Shown here: piece by piece, positions 10,192-20,711 of the stretch
How positions within the stretch are numbered: position 1 is the first letter of the stretch
How the letters are laid out: every line of letters starts with the position of its first letter
Assembly: GCF_028368995.1 (NCBI RefSeq)
Contig: NZ_JAQNDL010000003.1
Location: forward strand, 1,120,001-1,184,000
Length of the DNA stretch: 64,000 nucleotides
From: Nannocystis bainbridge
GTDB taxonomy: Bacteria > Myxococcota_A > Polyangia > Nannocystales > Nannocystaceae
Direction: 5' to 3'
Translations under genes and position numbers: made by a program
Notes under the pieces: model-generated
Told to the model about the DNA's origin: nothing
Database searches by the model: none
What the model saw: only the letters and a program-made list of their open reading frames with translations

Positions 10192-11301
10192 TCACGGCGG
10201 GACCACGCACACCCCGACGTGCGCCCACGCCGGCGGTGGCTCGTCCTCGAGGATCACGAACGGCGACACGCACGAGTTCTTCGCTGGACAGTCGGGCGCG
10301 CCCACGTCGCAGTATTGAACGCAGCACCGAGAGTGCTGGCAGCTCGGCTGCCACGCGTCCGGGGCGCAGTAAAACCCTGGATCGCAGCCGTCAATCGTGC
10401 AGTTGTCCGGGAAGTCCCCGTCGGGCCCGGATACGTCGGGCGTGCACCCGAACCCGTCGAGGCCCGGCGTGCACACGTGACCGAGCGGGCAGTCCTGGAC
10501 CAGCGGGTCGCATGCAGGCACGCACGCTGTCACCGTCCCGTCGCGGGTCGTCGTGCACACCTGGTCGAGCGGACAGATCGGCGCCTCCGGCGACCCGCCG
10601 CACTGGGCCACGCAGCTCTTCGCGGCGTCGCCCTCGACCGGCCAGCACAGCGCCCCCATTGCGCAGTCGTCCGCGCCGGTCGGCGACGCCTCCTTCCCGA
10701 GGCAAGGCTCGCCGATCGCCGGTGCCGACTCGGCGACCGGCACGCACTCGAGCTCCCAGAACGGGCTCAGGAACTCCGACGGCGCGCATTTCTGTCCCTC
10801 CGGACAATTCTGGGCCCACGGGCTGCACACCGACACTCCGTCGTCGCAGCTCAGCGCCTCATCGATGTCGTCGGTGCAGAACTTGCTCGGCGGCGACGGG
10901 TTGATGCACGCCTGCATGCACGCCTCCGAGCACTTCTGCGCGGGATCGCAGCCCTCCGGAGCCAGCACGCAAATCATCCAATTCGAGTCGATGCCCGTCT
11001 CGTTTACGCACAGCTCGCCGGCCGCGCACATGCACGGCTGTATCGGGCCGAGGTCGGGGGGCATGATGAACGGCACGTTCGTCGTGCTCGAGCTGGCGGT
11101 CTCGCTGGTATCGCCTGTCGTGCCCGTCGTCGGCGGTGAAGCCGTCGTCGTCGACGACGTGGCGCTGCCGGTCGTCGTCGACGTCGTCGAAGTCGTCGTC
11201 GCGCCGCTCGTCGAGACGTCCCCACCGGTCTCGGCCTTCGGCTCGGGCCCGCAGCCCACCAGCAGCGCAGCGAGCCACCACCTCTTGTCGACGACAGTCA
11301 T
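10192..11301 (-). CDS. Cys-rich surface lipoprotein
   Basis: RBS GAGGAGG, lipobox LVGC, Thr stalk, and CSPWAQNCPEGQKC / CDPLVQDCPLGHVC repeats typical of myxobacterial Cys-rich proteins. Confidence 0.8.
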   Translation of the reverse strand: MTVVDKRWWLAALLVGCGPEPKAETGGDVSTSGATTTSTTSTTTGSATSSTTTASPPTTGTTGDTSETASSSTTNVPFIMPPDLGPIQPCMCAAGELCVNETGIDSNWMICVLAPEGCDPAQKCSEACMQACINPSPPSKFCTDDIDEALSCDDGVSVCSPWAQNCPEGQKCAPSEFLSPFWELECVPVAESAPAIGEPCLGKEASPTGADDCAMGALCWPVEGDAAKSCVAQCGGSPEAPICPLDQVCTTTRDGTVTACVPACDPLVQDCPLGHVCTPGLDGFGCTPDVSGPDGDFPDNCTIDGCDPGFYCAPDAWQPSCQHSRCCVQYCDVGAPDCPAKNSCVSPFVILEDEPPPAWAHVGVCVVPP

Positions 11302-11353
11302 CCTCCTCACCTTAGCAAAAGGACACGGTCGGGTGACACGGGCCCGCCCGTGA

Positions 11354-11485
11354 CAGGGCGACGCCTGCCTCATGGCCAACGCGGCCCGCTATGCCTGTCA
11401 GGCCCAGCTCCCGTGCGACCAGCTCGCAGCCAAGACCGGCTGCGAGGACGCCGAGACCATGTACACCATGGCCTGCCCGCTCTGA
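11354..11485 (+). pseudogene. 3' scrap of a Cys-rich lipoprotein paralog (or a 37-aa peptide from ATG 11372)
   Basis: Reads GDACLMANAARYACQAQLPCDQLAAKTGCEDAETMYTMACPL*, with near-identical Cys spacing to the C-terminus of 7981-8733 (SEACALAMEDILICEVETLTCEQINEAASCEAEKTAQKEICGV*). Confidence 0.55.
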
Positions 11486-11609
11486 GCGAGGCCCCGCGCC
11501 GCGAGCAGGACGTCGCGATGGACAGTGGATGTCCCGAAGGCCAGGTTGCGCAGGGCAGCGCGGGCGTCGATGAGGACGCCGAGCGCGAGCGGGCGACGCC
11601 CGCCGCGCC

Positions 11610-12356
11610 TCACACCTGGGCGACGCCGCCGTCGACGAACAGCTCGATGCCGGTGACGAACGTGCTGTCGTCCGAGGCGAGGAACAGCGCCGCCCTGGCG
11701 ATCTCCTCGGGCTTGCCGAGCCGCCCGAGCGGCACTTGGGAGACCAGGCTGGCCTTGAGCCCCTCGGCCTGGTCCGCCGGCACCATGCCGTTGAGTCCGG
11801 GTGTGTCGATCGGGCCGGGGCTGATCGCGTTGACCCGGATCTTGCGATCCTTGAGGTCGGTGGTCCAGGTGCGGGCGAACGAGCGCACGGCCGCCTTGGT
11901 CGCGCTGTAGACGCTCATCGCCGCCGACCCCTTGCTGGCCACGATCGAGGCGTTGAGGATGATCGAGGCGCCCTCGACCAGCAGCGGCAGCGCCTTCTGC
12001 ACGGTGAACAGCAGGCCCTTCACGTTGCTGCCGAACTCGCGCTCGTACTGCTCCTCGGTGATCGCGCCGAGCGGGGCGAACGTGGCCGACGCCGCGTTGG
12101 CGAACACCACGTCGATGCGGCCCTTCTCGCGCTGCACCTGCTCGTAAAGGCGGTCGAGGTCGGCGAGGTTGGACACGTCGCCGCGCACTCCGACGACGTT
12201 GTCGCCGATCTCGCGCACGGCCGCGTCGAGCTCGGCCTGCCGCCGGCCCGTGATGTACACGTGCGCACCCTCGGCGACGAACAGCCTGGCGGTGGCGAGG
12301 CCGATGCCCGTGCTACCCCCGGTAATGATGGCGACTTTCCCTGCGAGCTTGCTCAT
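11610..12356 (-). CDS. Short-chain dehydrogenase/reductase
   Basis: TGGSTGIG Rossmann motif, YSATK catalytic motif, VNAISPGPIDT, VDGG. Confidence 0.95.
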   Translation of the reverse strand: MSKLAGKVAIITGGSTGIGLATARLFVAEGAHVYITGRRQAELDAAVREIGDNVVGVRGDVSNLADLDRLYEQVQREKGRIDVVFANAASATFAPLGAITEEQYEREFGSNVKGLLFTVQKALPLLVEGASIILNASIVASKGSAAMSVYSATKAAVRSFARTWTTDLKDRKIRVNAISPGPIDTPGLNGMVPADQAEGLKASLVSQVPLGRLGKPEEIARAALFLASDDSTFVTGIELFVDGGVAQV

Positions 12357-12375
12357 GGTCTCTCTCTTTGCGTTT

Positions 12376-12393
12376 TTCTGGAATGAACGTTCT
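12376..12393. promoter_or_regulatory. Putative TetR operator upstream of the SDR
   Basis: TTCTGGAATGAACGTTCT is an imperfect palindrome that shares TTCTGGAAYGRAC with 13010-13027 upstream of tetR. Confidence 0.5.
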
Positions 12394-12411
12394 TGAACGA
12401 AGCAAAAAAAA

Positions 12412-12993
12412 TCAGCCGAGCACGCCGAGCGTGACGCGCACGACATCCCGCAGGGCCTCGGCGCTCTGGCCCTGCTTGGCGGACAACCGCAGGCCCGCGA
12501 GCGTGGCGACGAAGAACCGACCGAGCGCGGCCGGATCGTGGTGGTCGCCGATCTCCCCGCGCTCCTGGGCGCGGCGCATCCGGTCGATGAAGCCGCGCTC
12601 GATCTCCTGGTTGTTGTCGGCGAGCAGGCGCTCCGCCTCGGGGCCCGCGTCTGCGCCGGCCACGGCCGCGTGAAACATCATGCAGCCGCGCGGGCAGCCC
12701 CTGACGAGCTCCTGGGCGATGACGGCGTCGAACAGCCGGCGCAGCGCCGGTCGGACCGGCTCCTCGCTCGCCCAGAACTGCCGCAGCGGGGCGCCGACCT
12801 GATCACGAAAGCGCTTGAGCGCGGCGATGAAGATCGCCTGCTTGTCGCCGAAGGTGTCGTACAGGCTCTGGCGCGAGACGCCCATCTTCTCGACCAGGTC
12901 GCTCATCGAGGTGGCCGCGAAACCCCGCGCCCAGAACAGGCGCATGGCCTGCTCGAGGGCTTCGTCGGGGTCGAACGCCTTGGGTCTCGGCAC
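12412..12993 (-). CDS. TetR/AcrR-family regulator
   Basis: GTG start; [57 protein letters not shown]; RGCM motif. Confidence 0.9.
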   Translation of the reverse strand: MPRPKAFDPDEALEQAMRLFWARGFAATSMSDLVEKMGVSRQSLYDTFGDKQAIFIAALKRFRDQVGAPLRQFWASEEPVRPALRRLFDAVIAQELVRGCPRGCMMFHAAVAGADAGPEAERLLADNNQEIERGFIDRMRRAQERGEIGDHHDPAALGRFFVATLAGLRLSAKQGQSAEALRDVVRVTLGVLG

Positions 12994-13000
12994 GGGTTGC

Positions 13001-13028
13001 AGGATGGCATTCTGGAACGGACTGTCAA
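13001..13028 (-). promoter_or_regulatory. Sigma70-like promoter of a leaderless tetR, overlapped by an operator
   Basis: Minus strand TTGACA-N16-CATCCT-N7-GTG start. Overlaps TTCTGGAACGGACTGTCA. Confidence 0.5.
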
Positions 13029-13409
13029 GTTCCTTCGGGGAGCTCGGGCATAAAACGACGCTTTGCGACCCCGGGGTGCCCGTCTGTCGCCGCCACGGGC
13101 GCGACGCCGTGGGCGATCGCAGACCCCCTCCGCGGCTGCCCGCCTCGCCGAGCGCCGCCCGGGTCCGCGCGGCGCAGCTGCAGGGCGAAGCGGAGCGACT
13201 GTCATGGAAGGCCGCGACCCCGACGCCGGCGCAAGCACCGCCCGCACCGACCGACCGACCGACGGATCGATCCCTGCGCCCGCGACGTTGCGCCCTCGCG
13301 GCCTCGCAGACACGGCCGTTCGTGCCCGCCGTCGTTGCGCCGCGCGCCGTCCGGGGCCAAGGACCTGCCCACATTTCTCGCGCTCGACCATGACGACAAG
13401 GACGGTCCC

Positions 13410-15155
13410 GTGCCCCCGCGCAATGTTCATACTTCGAACGCTCTCCTCCGGCGGACGGCCGCGCTGAGCCTCGCCCTCGCCTGCACGCCGCGCCCCGGCG
13501 AGAGGCCCGCGGCCGAGCAGGAGCCGCCCGTCGCAACGCCCCAGCAGGCCCCGCCGATCGCCCCGGACGGCCTCGCCGAGCCGGAGCCCGCCGTCCGGCC
13601 GCCCGGCCCCGGCTACGATCACCCCGATCAATTCCTCAGCGCCCGCACCAGCCGCCCGGCCGCCAACATGGAACCGGTGGTCACCCACGCCGCGCAGGTG
13701 CGGACCGCCCGCGACAAGCTGGGCGCGCTGCAGCAACGCATGGGCAAGCGCCCCAATGTCCTGATCTTCCTGATGGACGATGTCGGCTGGATGGATCCTG
13801 GCTTCAACGGCGGCGGCGGCAGCGTCGGCAACCCCACGCCGCAGATCGACCGAGTCGCGGCCGAGAGCCTGGTGCTGACCTCGGCCTATTCGCAGCCGAG
13901 CTGCTCGCCGACCCGGGCCACCATCATGACCGGCCAATACCCGGTCCATCACGGCATCCTGCGCCCGCCGATGTACGGCCAGTCGGGCGGCCTCGAGGGC
14001 GCAGTCACCCTCGCCCGGCTGCTTTCGCAGCTCGGCTACGTCACCCAGGCGATCGGCAAGTGGCACCTGGGCGAGAACGAGGGCTCCCAGCCGCAGAACG
14101 TCGGCTTCGACGACTTCCGCGGCTTCCTCAGCGTCTCGGACATGTACACCGAATGGCGTGACCCGAACTTCAACCCGGAGATCGCCCTGAGCCCCGCGCG
14201 CACCGCCTTCATCCGCAGCCTGCCGTTCTCCCGCGCCGACGTGCACGCGGTCCGCGGCGGCCCGCTCGAGACCGTCCAGGTGATCGATCTCGAGACGATC
14301 CAGGACCTCGACCAGGAGTGGGCCGCCTACGGCGAGCGATTCCTGCGCCGCATGGCCGACGACTCGCGCCCCTTCTTCCTGTATTACAACACCCGCGGCT
14401 GCCACTTCGACAATTACCCCAATCATCATTACCGCGGCCGCTCGCCCGCCCGAACCACCTACAGCGATTGCATGGTCGAGATGGACGACGTGTTCGCCCG
14501 CCTCTACCGCACCCTCGAGCAAACCGGCCAGGTCGACAACACCCTCGTGCTGTTCACCTCCGACAACGGCCCCGAGCAGGAGGTCGCGCCGTACGGTCAC
14601 ACCCCGTTCCGCGGCGGCAAGGGCTCGACCTGGGAGGGCGGCGTGCGCGTGCCGACCTTCGCCTCCTGGCGCGGCACCATCACCCCGCGCCGATCCGACG
14701 GCCTGTTCGACCTCGCCGACATCTTCAACACCGCGCTCGCCCTCGCCGGCCGGCCCGGCGCCGAGCTGTCCGCGCTCATGCCCAACGATCGCTATGTCGA
14801 CGGCGTCGACCAGACCTCCTTCCTGGTCGCCGACGACGGCGAATCGAACCGTCGCAGCGTCCTCTACTTCTGGAACGACCGCCCCGTCGGCACCCGCATC
14901 GACGAGTTCAAGTTCTCCACGATCGCCCAGATGCCGCAGCTCGTGACGCAGCGCGGGCAACAGGGCGGCTTCACCGGTGCGGTCGTGCCGAGCGCCGGCG
15001 CGCTGATGTACAACCTCTACACAAACCCCCAGGAGGACGACTCGATCGCGATCCGCCACGCGCCGGTCGCCATCGCGCTCGAGGCGGAGCTGCTGCGCTA
15101 CCGCGAGGTGCTGAAGAAATTCCCGGCGCGCAAGCAGATCGAGTTCACGCAATGA
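13410..15155 (+). CDS. Cys-type arylsulfatase (AslA-like), lipoprotein
   Basis: [26 protein letters not shown] (CxPxR), [26 protein letters not shown]; lipobox LALAC. Start is uncertain. Confidence 0.92.
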   Translation: MPPRNVHTSNALLRRTAALSLALACTPRPGERPAAEQEPPVATPQQAPPIAPDGLAEPEPAVRPPGPGYDHPDQFLSARTSRPAANMEPVVTHAAQVRTARDKLGALQQRMGKRPNVLIFLMDDVGWMDPGFNGGGGSVGNPTPQIDRVAAESLVLTSAYSQPSCSPTRATIMTGQYPVHHGILRPPMYGQSGGLEGAVTLARLLSQLGYVTQAIGKWHLGENEGSQPQNVGFDDFRGFLSVSDMYTEWRDPNFNPEIALSPARTAFIRSLPFSRADVHAVRGGPLETVQVIDLETIQDLDQEWAAYGERFLRRMADDSRPFFLYYNTRGCHFDNYPNHHYRGRSPARTTYSDCMVEMDDVFARLYRTLEQTGQVDNTLVLFTSDNGPEQEVAPYGHTPFRGGKGSTWEGGVRVPTFASWRGTITPRRSDGLFDLADIFNTALALAGRPGAELSALMPNDRYVDGVDQTSFLVADDGESNRRSVLYFWNDRPVGTRIDEFKFSTIAQMPQLVTQRGQQGGFTGAVVPSAGALMYNLYTNPQEDDSIAIRHAPVAIALEAELLRYREVLKKFPARKQIEFTQ

Positions 15156-16132
15156 CCCGCGCCCGCGTCGCCGCGTGCGGCTCGTTGCTCGCCGTGTGCC
15201 TGTCCGCCTGCGAATCATCGCCTCCCGGGATGGTGTGGATCCCCGCCGGCGAGTTCTGGATGGGCTCCGAAGATCCACGATTCACCGACGCGCACCCGCG
15301 CCACCGCGTCGTGGTCTCGGGCTTCTGGCTCGGCGCCACCGAGGTCACCAACGCCCAGTTCGCCGCCTTCGTGCGCACCACCGGTCACGTCACGCTCGCC
15401 GAACGGACCCCACGCGCCGAGGATTATCCGGACGTCCCGCCCGACCGCCGGGTCGCCGGCTCGATCGTCTTCACCCCGCCCGAGCGCCTCGCCTCGCTCG
15501 CGCGCGCCGGCGCGTGGTGGCGCTACGTCCCCGGCGCCGACTGGCGGCATCCCGAGGGTCCGACCAGCGACCTCGAAGGTCGCATGAATCACCCGGTCGT
15601 CCACATCGCCCATACCGACGCCCTCGCCTACGCCCGCTGGGTCGGAGGCCGCCTGCCGACCGAAGCCGAATGGGAGTACGCCGCCCGCGGCGGCCTCGAC
15701 CGCAAGCGCCACGTGTGGGGCGATGCGCCGCTCGTGGCCGACGCGCACCCCGCCAACACCTTCCAGGGCTCCTTCCCCGGCCACGACACCGCCGCCGACG
15801 GCCACGCCGGGGCCGCCCCCGTCGCCAGCTACCCCGCCAACGGATATGGCCTTTACGACGTGTCGGGCAACGTCTGGGAGTGGACCGCCGATTGGTACCA
15901 CCCCGACACCTACGCCCGCCGCCCGCCGCGTGCCGTCGATCCACCTGGCCCTGCGGACAGCTTCGATCCGGCCGAGCCCGGCGTCGCCAAGCGCGTCCAG
16001 CGAGGCGGCTCCTACCTCTGCACCGACCAGTACTGCGGCCGCTACACCCCCGACGCCCGCGGCAAGGGTGCCCCCGACAGCGCCACCAACCACCTCGGCT
16101 TCCGCATCGCCCGCGACGCCGCGGCGCCGTGA
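15152..16132 (+). CDS. Formylglycine-generating enzyme (SUMF1/FGE family)
   Basis: ATGA overlap with the sulfatase; [42 protein letters not shown] (both catalytic Cys), HLGFR; lipobox LSAC. Confidence 0.92.
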   Translation: MTRARVAACGSLLAVCLSACESSPPGMVWIPAGEFWMGSEDPRFTDAHPRHRVVVSGFWLGATEVTNAQFAAFVRTTGHVTLAERTPRAEDYPDVPPDRRVAGSIVFTPPERLASLARAGAWWRYVPGADWRHPEGPTSDLEGRMNHPVVHIAHTDALAYARWVGGRLPTEAEWEYAARGGLDRKRHVWGDAPLVADAHPANTFQGSFPGHDTAADGHAGAAPVASYPANGYGLYDVSGNVWEWTADWYHPDTYARRPPRAVDPPGPADSFDPAEPGVAKRVQRGGSYLCTDQYCGRYTPDARGKGAPDSATNHLGFRIARDAAAP

Positions 16133-16446
16133 ACCGCACGTCTCACATGTCCTGAAGGACATCTCACTGGCCGCTCACGCCGCGGAGCCATCGCCCGCTG
16201 GGGTCTCGACATCGAGGTTCGGTCGGCGCCCTCCCCCGGCATCGAGGTTCGGGCATCGTGTCCCTGACGTCGCGGCTCGAGGCCGACGCGCTCTCCCCGC
16301 GCTTCGCGGCTGCCCGATCCGGGTCGAAGAAGCGAACGATTCCGAAGGGATACGAAAATTCGCGTCCGCCCGCGCGATCGACCGATGAATTCGTCGGGAC
16401 CGGGCGGTCTGTGCGATCGGAGCGATCCGCCTCCCCGGAGACCGAC

Positions 16447-16845
16447 ATGACCCGCAAATTCTTTGTGAACCTCCCCGTCCGCGACCTTCCGAAGTCAGTG
16501 GCCTTCTTCACGGCGCTCGGCTTCGAGTTCGACCCGAAGTTCGCGGGCGACCACAACGCTTGCATGATCGTGAGCGAGGGTGTGTCCGTGATGCTGCTGA
16601 CACAGTCGTTCTTCGCCGGCTTCACGAAGCGCGAGCTCTGCGACACGCGCACGCACGAGGAGGCCCTGTTCGCGTTCTCGGCTTCGAGCCGGTCGGACGT
16701 CGACGCGATCGTCGCCAAGGCGGTGGCGCACGGTGGCGTCTCCGCGGGCCCGCCGGAGGACCACGGCTTCATGTACGACCATGGGTTCTACGACCTCGAC
16801 GGGCACGGATGGAATGTGGTGTGGACGGACCCTTCGGCGGGGTGA
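16447..16845 (+). CDS. VOC/glyoxalase-family protein
   Basis: FVNLPVRDLPKSVAFFTALGF...FMYDHGFYDLDGHGW. Confidence 0.88.
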   Translation: MTRKFFVNLPVRDLPKSVAFFTALGFEFDPKFAGDHNACMIVSEGVSVMLLTQSFFAGFTKRELCDTRTHEEALFAFSASSRSDVDAIVAKAVAHGGVSAGPPEDHGFMYDHGFYDLDGHGWNVVWTDPSAG

Positions 16846-16894
16846 TCCGCGATCGGTGGTTGCGAATCTTCTCTATCGCCGGTACTCTTGCAAC

Positions 16895-17452
16895 ATGCGA
16901 CCCCTTCGATATTCCATCAACGTCACGCTGGACGGGTGCTGCGATCATCGTGGAAACATGCCGGTCGAAGCACTGCAAGAGCTGCATCGTCACGCGACCG
17001 AGAACCTCGCCGCGGCCGATGCCCTCCTCTTTGGCCGGGTGACCTACGAAATGATGGAGGCCGCGTGGCGGTTGTCGACTCGGACCGAGACGATGCCCGC
17101 CTGGACCGAACCGTTCGCCCGGACGATCGACGCGGCCAAGAAATACGTCGTGTCGAGCACCCTGGACCGGGTCGATTGGAACGCCGAGCTCGTGCGTGGG
17201 GACCTGGCGGAGGCCGTTCAGCAGCTCAAGCGGGAGCCGGGCAAGGGCCTGTTCGTGGGCGGCGTGAAGCTCCCGCTGGCGTTGGCGGAGCTGGGCTTGA
17301 TCGACGAGTACGAGTTCGTGATGCTGCCGGCGCTCGCGGGCCATGGCCCGACGCTGTTCGCGGGGCTGTCGAAGCGCATCGAGTTGCAGCTCGTGAGCCG
17401 GCTGGAGTTCGCCTCGGGGGCGGTGGCGATGCGGTATGTGCCGAGAAGGTAG
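16895..17452 (+). CDS. Dihydrofolate reductase / RibD C-terminal family protein
   Basis: SINVTLDGC, LLFGRVTYEMM, KYVVSSTL, LIDEYEFV..GHGPTLF. Confidence 0.88.
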   Translation: MRPLRYSINVTLDGCCDHRGNMPVEALQELHRHATENLAAADALLFGRVTYEMMEAAWRLSTRTETMPAWTEPFARTIDAAKKYVVSSTLDRVDWNAELVRGDLAEAVQQLKREPGKGLFVGGVKLPLALAELGLIDEYEFVMLPALAGHGPTLFAGLSKRIELQLVSRLEFASGAVAMRYVPRR

Positions 17453-17472
17453 CCGGCTCGGTGACCGAAGCG

Positions 17473-18324
17473 ATGCGTTTCACGAAGAAGATCGTCGCCG
17501 CGGTGGGGCTCCTCGCCCTGTGTGGGTGTAAGCCAGCGCTGGGCCGTGTCGATGCGGTCGGCGACCGCCGACAGAGTATCGTCGGTGGAGAGGCACAACC
17601 TCCTGTCGGACCCTGGTACGTCTCGCTGCAATACCGCGGCATGCACCTCTGCGGCGGTTCTCTCCTGGCCGCCGACATCGTGATCACGGCAGCACACTGC
17701 TTCGAACTTTCGAACAAGGTGAGTGATTATGAGATCTTCGCAGGCCTGTTCGGCGGCCGAAACGTGCCTTCAGCCGTGCAGTCCATCAAGATTCACCCCG
17801 ATTATCTTGACGACAGCAACTCGAACGACCTCGCGCTGATCAGGCTCGCCAACCCCCTTGGCTTCTCCGACTCGATAGCGCCGATTTGCCTGCCGGATGG
17901 CGACGTACCCACGGACGAGTCCGCCGAGGCTCTGTTCTGGGGAGAGAAGCAAGGGACCGGGAACAACCGGCCTCTGCTGCAATTGACCGTCCCCATCGTC
18001 CCGAACTCGGTCGCCAACGATCGCGCACACTACCGCGGCCGTATCGACGACACCATGATGGCCGCCGGGTCGGGTGGAAAGGACGCCTGCCTGCGCGAGG
18101 ATGGCGCGCCGCTCGTGATGAAGCGGAAGGACGCGGAAGACACATGGATGCTCGCGGGCATCTCCAGCTGGGGTGGTGGCTGCGACGACGGCGCATGGAT
18201 GCCGGGGATTTATGCCAGGGTGAGCTCGGGCATCCGATGGATCACGAGCACGGTACAGTCGCTCTCCGCATCGCCCGGTCTACCCACGGACTGCGGCCAC
18301 CAGGCGGTCAAGAAGGGCTCGTAG
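17473..18324 (+). CDS. Trypsin-like (S1A) serine protease homolog, catalytic Ser absent, lipoprotein
   Basis: IVGG, HLCGGSLL, TAAHC, NDLALIRL, PICLP, GISSWG, PGIYARVS are present. GDSGGP is replaced by REDGAP. Confidence 0.88.
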   Translation: MRFTKKIVAAVGLLALCGCKPALGRVDAVGDRRQSIVGGEAQPPVGPWYVSLQYRGMHLCGGSLLAADIVITAAHCFELSNKVSDYEIFAGLFGGRNVPSAVQSIKIHPDYLDDSNSNDLALIRLANPLGFSDSIAPICLPDGDVPTDESAEALFWGEKQGTGNNRPLLQLTVPIVPNSVANDRAHYRGRIDDTMMAAGSGGKDACLREDGAPLVMKRKDAEDTWMLAGISSWGGGCDDGAWMPGIYARVSSGIRWITSTVQSLSASPGLPTDCGHQAVKKGS

Positions 18325-18691
18325 AGCCCTCACCGACTCTGGGCTCTTGAGGCGCCGTGGTTCGCGGCGTGGTGTGGTACGGTGGCCGCTCGAGCAGTTG
18401 GCCGGCTGTGTGCCGCAAGTCTCGAACTGGCCACGCCGGATCTACGAGCTCGTGACCGAGGGCCTCTGGTATGCGTTCGTCGCGTGCACGCCTGAAGAGC
18501 TGAAGTTGCTCGAGGACGCCGGGCTGACGCCAGAGCGGGTACCCGGTCCGACCTGATTCGGCCCGGGCTGGTCATGACGGCATGGCTGGCCGCGGTGATG
18601 CCCACGGATGAGCCTTCCATCATCGCCGTGCGCGGGCGGCGGAGCCTCCTCGCCGTTTGACCGGCGATGCGCGGCCCGATACGGTCCGCGC

Positions 18692-19450
18692 ATGCGCGCA
18701 TGCCTGCTGACGCTCGTCCTCGCGGCGTGTACGACGCAACCTTCTGTCGACGCCGGGCGAGGGCCGCAGCCGATTCCTCCACCACCCGACGTCGAGCCAT
18801 GGTTCGTCGCCGCCGACGTCGCCCTGGTGAGCCGCCCCGCGAGCGTCGAGGAGCTGCAGCCGTGGATCGCCGTCGATTCGCTGCGACCGACCGATGCGCT
18901 CCCCGGGGTCGTGTTCGCCTCGTACGGCCCGTCGCTGCCGACCGCCACCCGGCCCGCGATCGTGTGGTTCGATCGGGCCAGCGAGGCGCGACCGAACCTG
19001 ATCGACCTCGAGGGTATCGATGACTTCGCGCAGACGGGGTGGATCGTCGTCGAGACATCGCACGATCGCCGGCGGATCTGGCTGGTCGCGGACTCGGCTG
19101 TCGAGGGTCCGTCGTGGACGCTGCCGATCGTCACCAGCGAGGACGGCGGGCGCAGCTGGAGGCTCCGCGGCCACCTGCGCAAGCCGTATTACATGGCCGG
19201 CGTCGAGGGGTTGCAGATGGACGCTGCCGGCCGCGGCGCGCTGGTCATGCGCTGGGACGACGACCCGGCGGCGCCGATCAGCGGCACCGCCCCCGGGCGC
19301 TACACCTACCGCACGAGCGACTTCGGCGCGACGTGGTCGAGCCCCGAGTTCACGCCCGACGACCTCGCCGGGCGCTTCGCCTTCGACGGCGACGACGTCC
19401 CGCCGGGCACGACGGTCCCGGCCTGGTTCGCGCGCCAGCGCGGTCGCTGA
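18692..19450 (+). CDS. Lipoprotein with BNR/Asp-box repeats
   Basis: Lipobox LAAC; TSEDGGRSW and TSDFGATW Asp-boxes. Confidence 0.7.
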   Translation: MRACLLTLVLAACTTQPSVDAGRGPQPIPPPPDVEPWFVAADVALVSRPASVEELQPWIAVDSLRPTDALPGVVFASYGPSLPTATRPAIVWFDRASEARPNLIDLEGIDDFAQTGWIVVETSHDRRRIWLVADSAVEGPSWTLPIVTSEDGGRSWRLRGHLRKPYYMAGVEGLQMDAAGRGALVMRWDDDPAAPISGTAPGRYTYRTSDFGATWSSPEFTPDDLAGRFAFDGDDVPPGTTVPAWFARQRGR

Positions 19451-19577
19451 TGCGAGCCGCCTGGCGCGACCACCAGGCAGCCACCCGGACAGGTCGACGG
19501 CTGGCGTTTTGCCCTCGCACGCGCTCGACGCCAGGCGGGATGACTCCCGAGGTGCGCGCATGCTCGCGCCTGTGGGT

Positions 19578-20357
19578 TCACATGACTTTTGGGACAGGTC
19601 GACGCGGCCTCCGCCTGCGAGCCCCGACGATCACGAGCAGCGCGAAGACCCCCTGCGGCCCCTCCGCGACGCCGCAGCCGGCACAACCGGCCTTGTCGCC
19701 GCCGCCTCCGCCGCCCGTGTTGCTGCCCGTGCCGCTGGCCGTGGAGCTGCTCGTGCTGCCGCCCGTGGTCCCCGGCTGGCCACCGGTCGTCGGGGTCGCC
19801 TCGGTGCTGCCGTTGCTCGTGCTGCTGCTCGTGCTGCTGGTGCTTTCGCTGCTCGTGCCACTGCTCGTGCTGGTCGTGCTCCCCGTGGTCGTGCTCGTGC
19901 TCGTCGTGCTCCCGCTGGTCGTGCTCCCGCTGCTCGTGCTCCCGCTGTCCGAGCTTCCGCTGCTCGTCCCGCTGCTCGTGCTCCCGGTGTCGCTCCCACC
20001 GGACGCCGTCTCACCGGCCGGCAGGCACAGGTCGATGGTCTGGCAGGTCTCGCCGACGCCACCGCAGGTATCCCTGGGCGAGCAAGCGCCGCCGTGCACG
20101 GGTGATGGTTCGGGAAAACAATTGACGATCCCAATGCATGCCTTTGCCGGCTGGCAGGTCGTGCCGTCGGGGCACTCGTCGTCGCTCGTGCAGGCCAGCG
20201 CGAAGCAATGCGCACCGCAATGGCCGGCGCCCCCCTCGCTGCCGGGCGGGCAGTCGTCCGGCGGCCGGGGAATGACATCGGCGCGCGCGGAGCAGGCGAA
20301 CAGCGCGAATGCGGCCGAGAGGGGCCAGACGAGGCGCAAAGGGCGATACGGTTCCAA
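19578..20357 (-). CDS. Cys-rich secreted protein with Ser/Thr stalk and MYXO-CTERM sorting tail
   Basis: Signal peptide, Cys-rich head, GSTSS repeats, and C-terminal GCAGCGV...FALLVIVGARRRR. Confidence 0.8.
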   Translation of the reverse strand: MEPYRPLRLVWPLSAAFALFACSARADVIPRPPDDCPPGSEGGAGHCGAHCFALACTSDDECPDGTTCQPAKACIGIVNCFPEPSPVHGGACSPRDTCGGVGETCQTIDLCLPAGETASGGSDTGSTSSGTSSGSSDSGSTSSGSTTSGSTTSTSTTTGSTTSTSSGTSSESTSSTSSSTSNGSTEATPTTGGQPGTTGGSTSSSTASGTGSNTGGGGGGDKAGCAGCGVAEGPQGVFALLVIVGARRRRPRRPVPKVM

Positions 20358-20711
20358 GGGTCTACCTCGTCGTCACGGTATCATCCGCCGATTGCGATGG
20401 ACAGCCGCCACCTCGTCGCGCTGCTGCGCGTGGCCAGTCCCGGCGCGGTCCTGTCCGGCGGGAACCGTCGCCCACGCCGAGCGCGCACGCTCGTGGGTCG
20501 CCGCGGTCCGCGTCGAACCCGCGATCGCTGGCGCGAGCCCGACGATCCGCTTCGGCGGCCAACCGCGCGGCACGATGCGCCCGGACGGCGTCGTCGTGCC
20601 GGCGGACTCGCTCGACGCCGTCGCCCGACTGGCGCACCCGTGGATGCACGTCGCCGACGGGCTGCACCAATTCCCCGACGACCGCCGACGCCGCGCAGCA
20701 GGTCGATGCTG

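Noticed and set aside
11374-11420. GGCCAAC...CCTG/CAGG short palindrome as a second attC
   Set aside because: No GTT box, and the stretch is better explained as a Cys-rich coding remnant.
13246-13265. (CCGA)n microsatellite upstream of the sulfatase
   Set aside because: Only about four units; too short to argue for phase variation.
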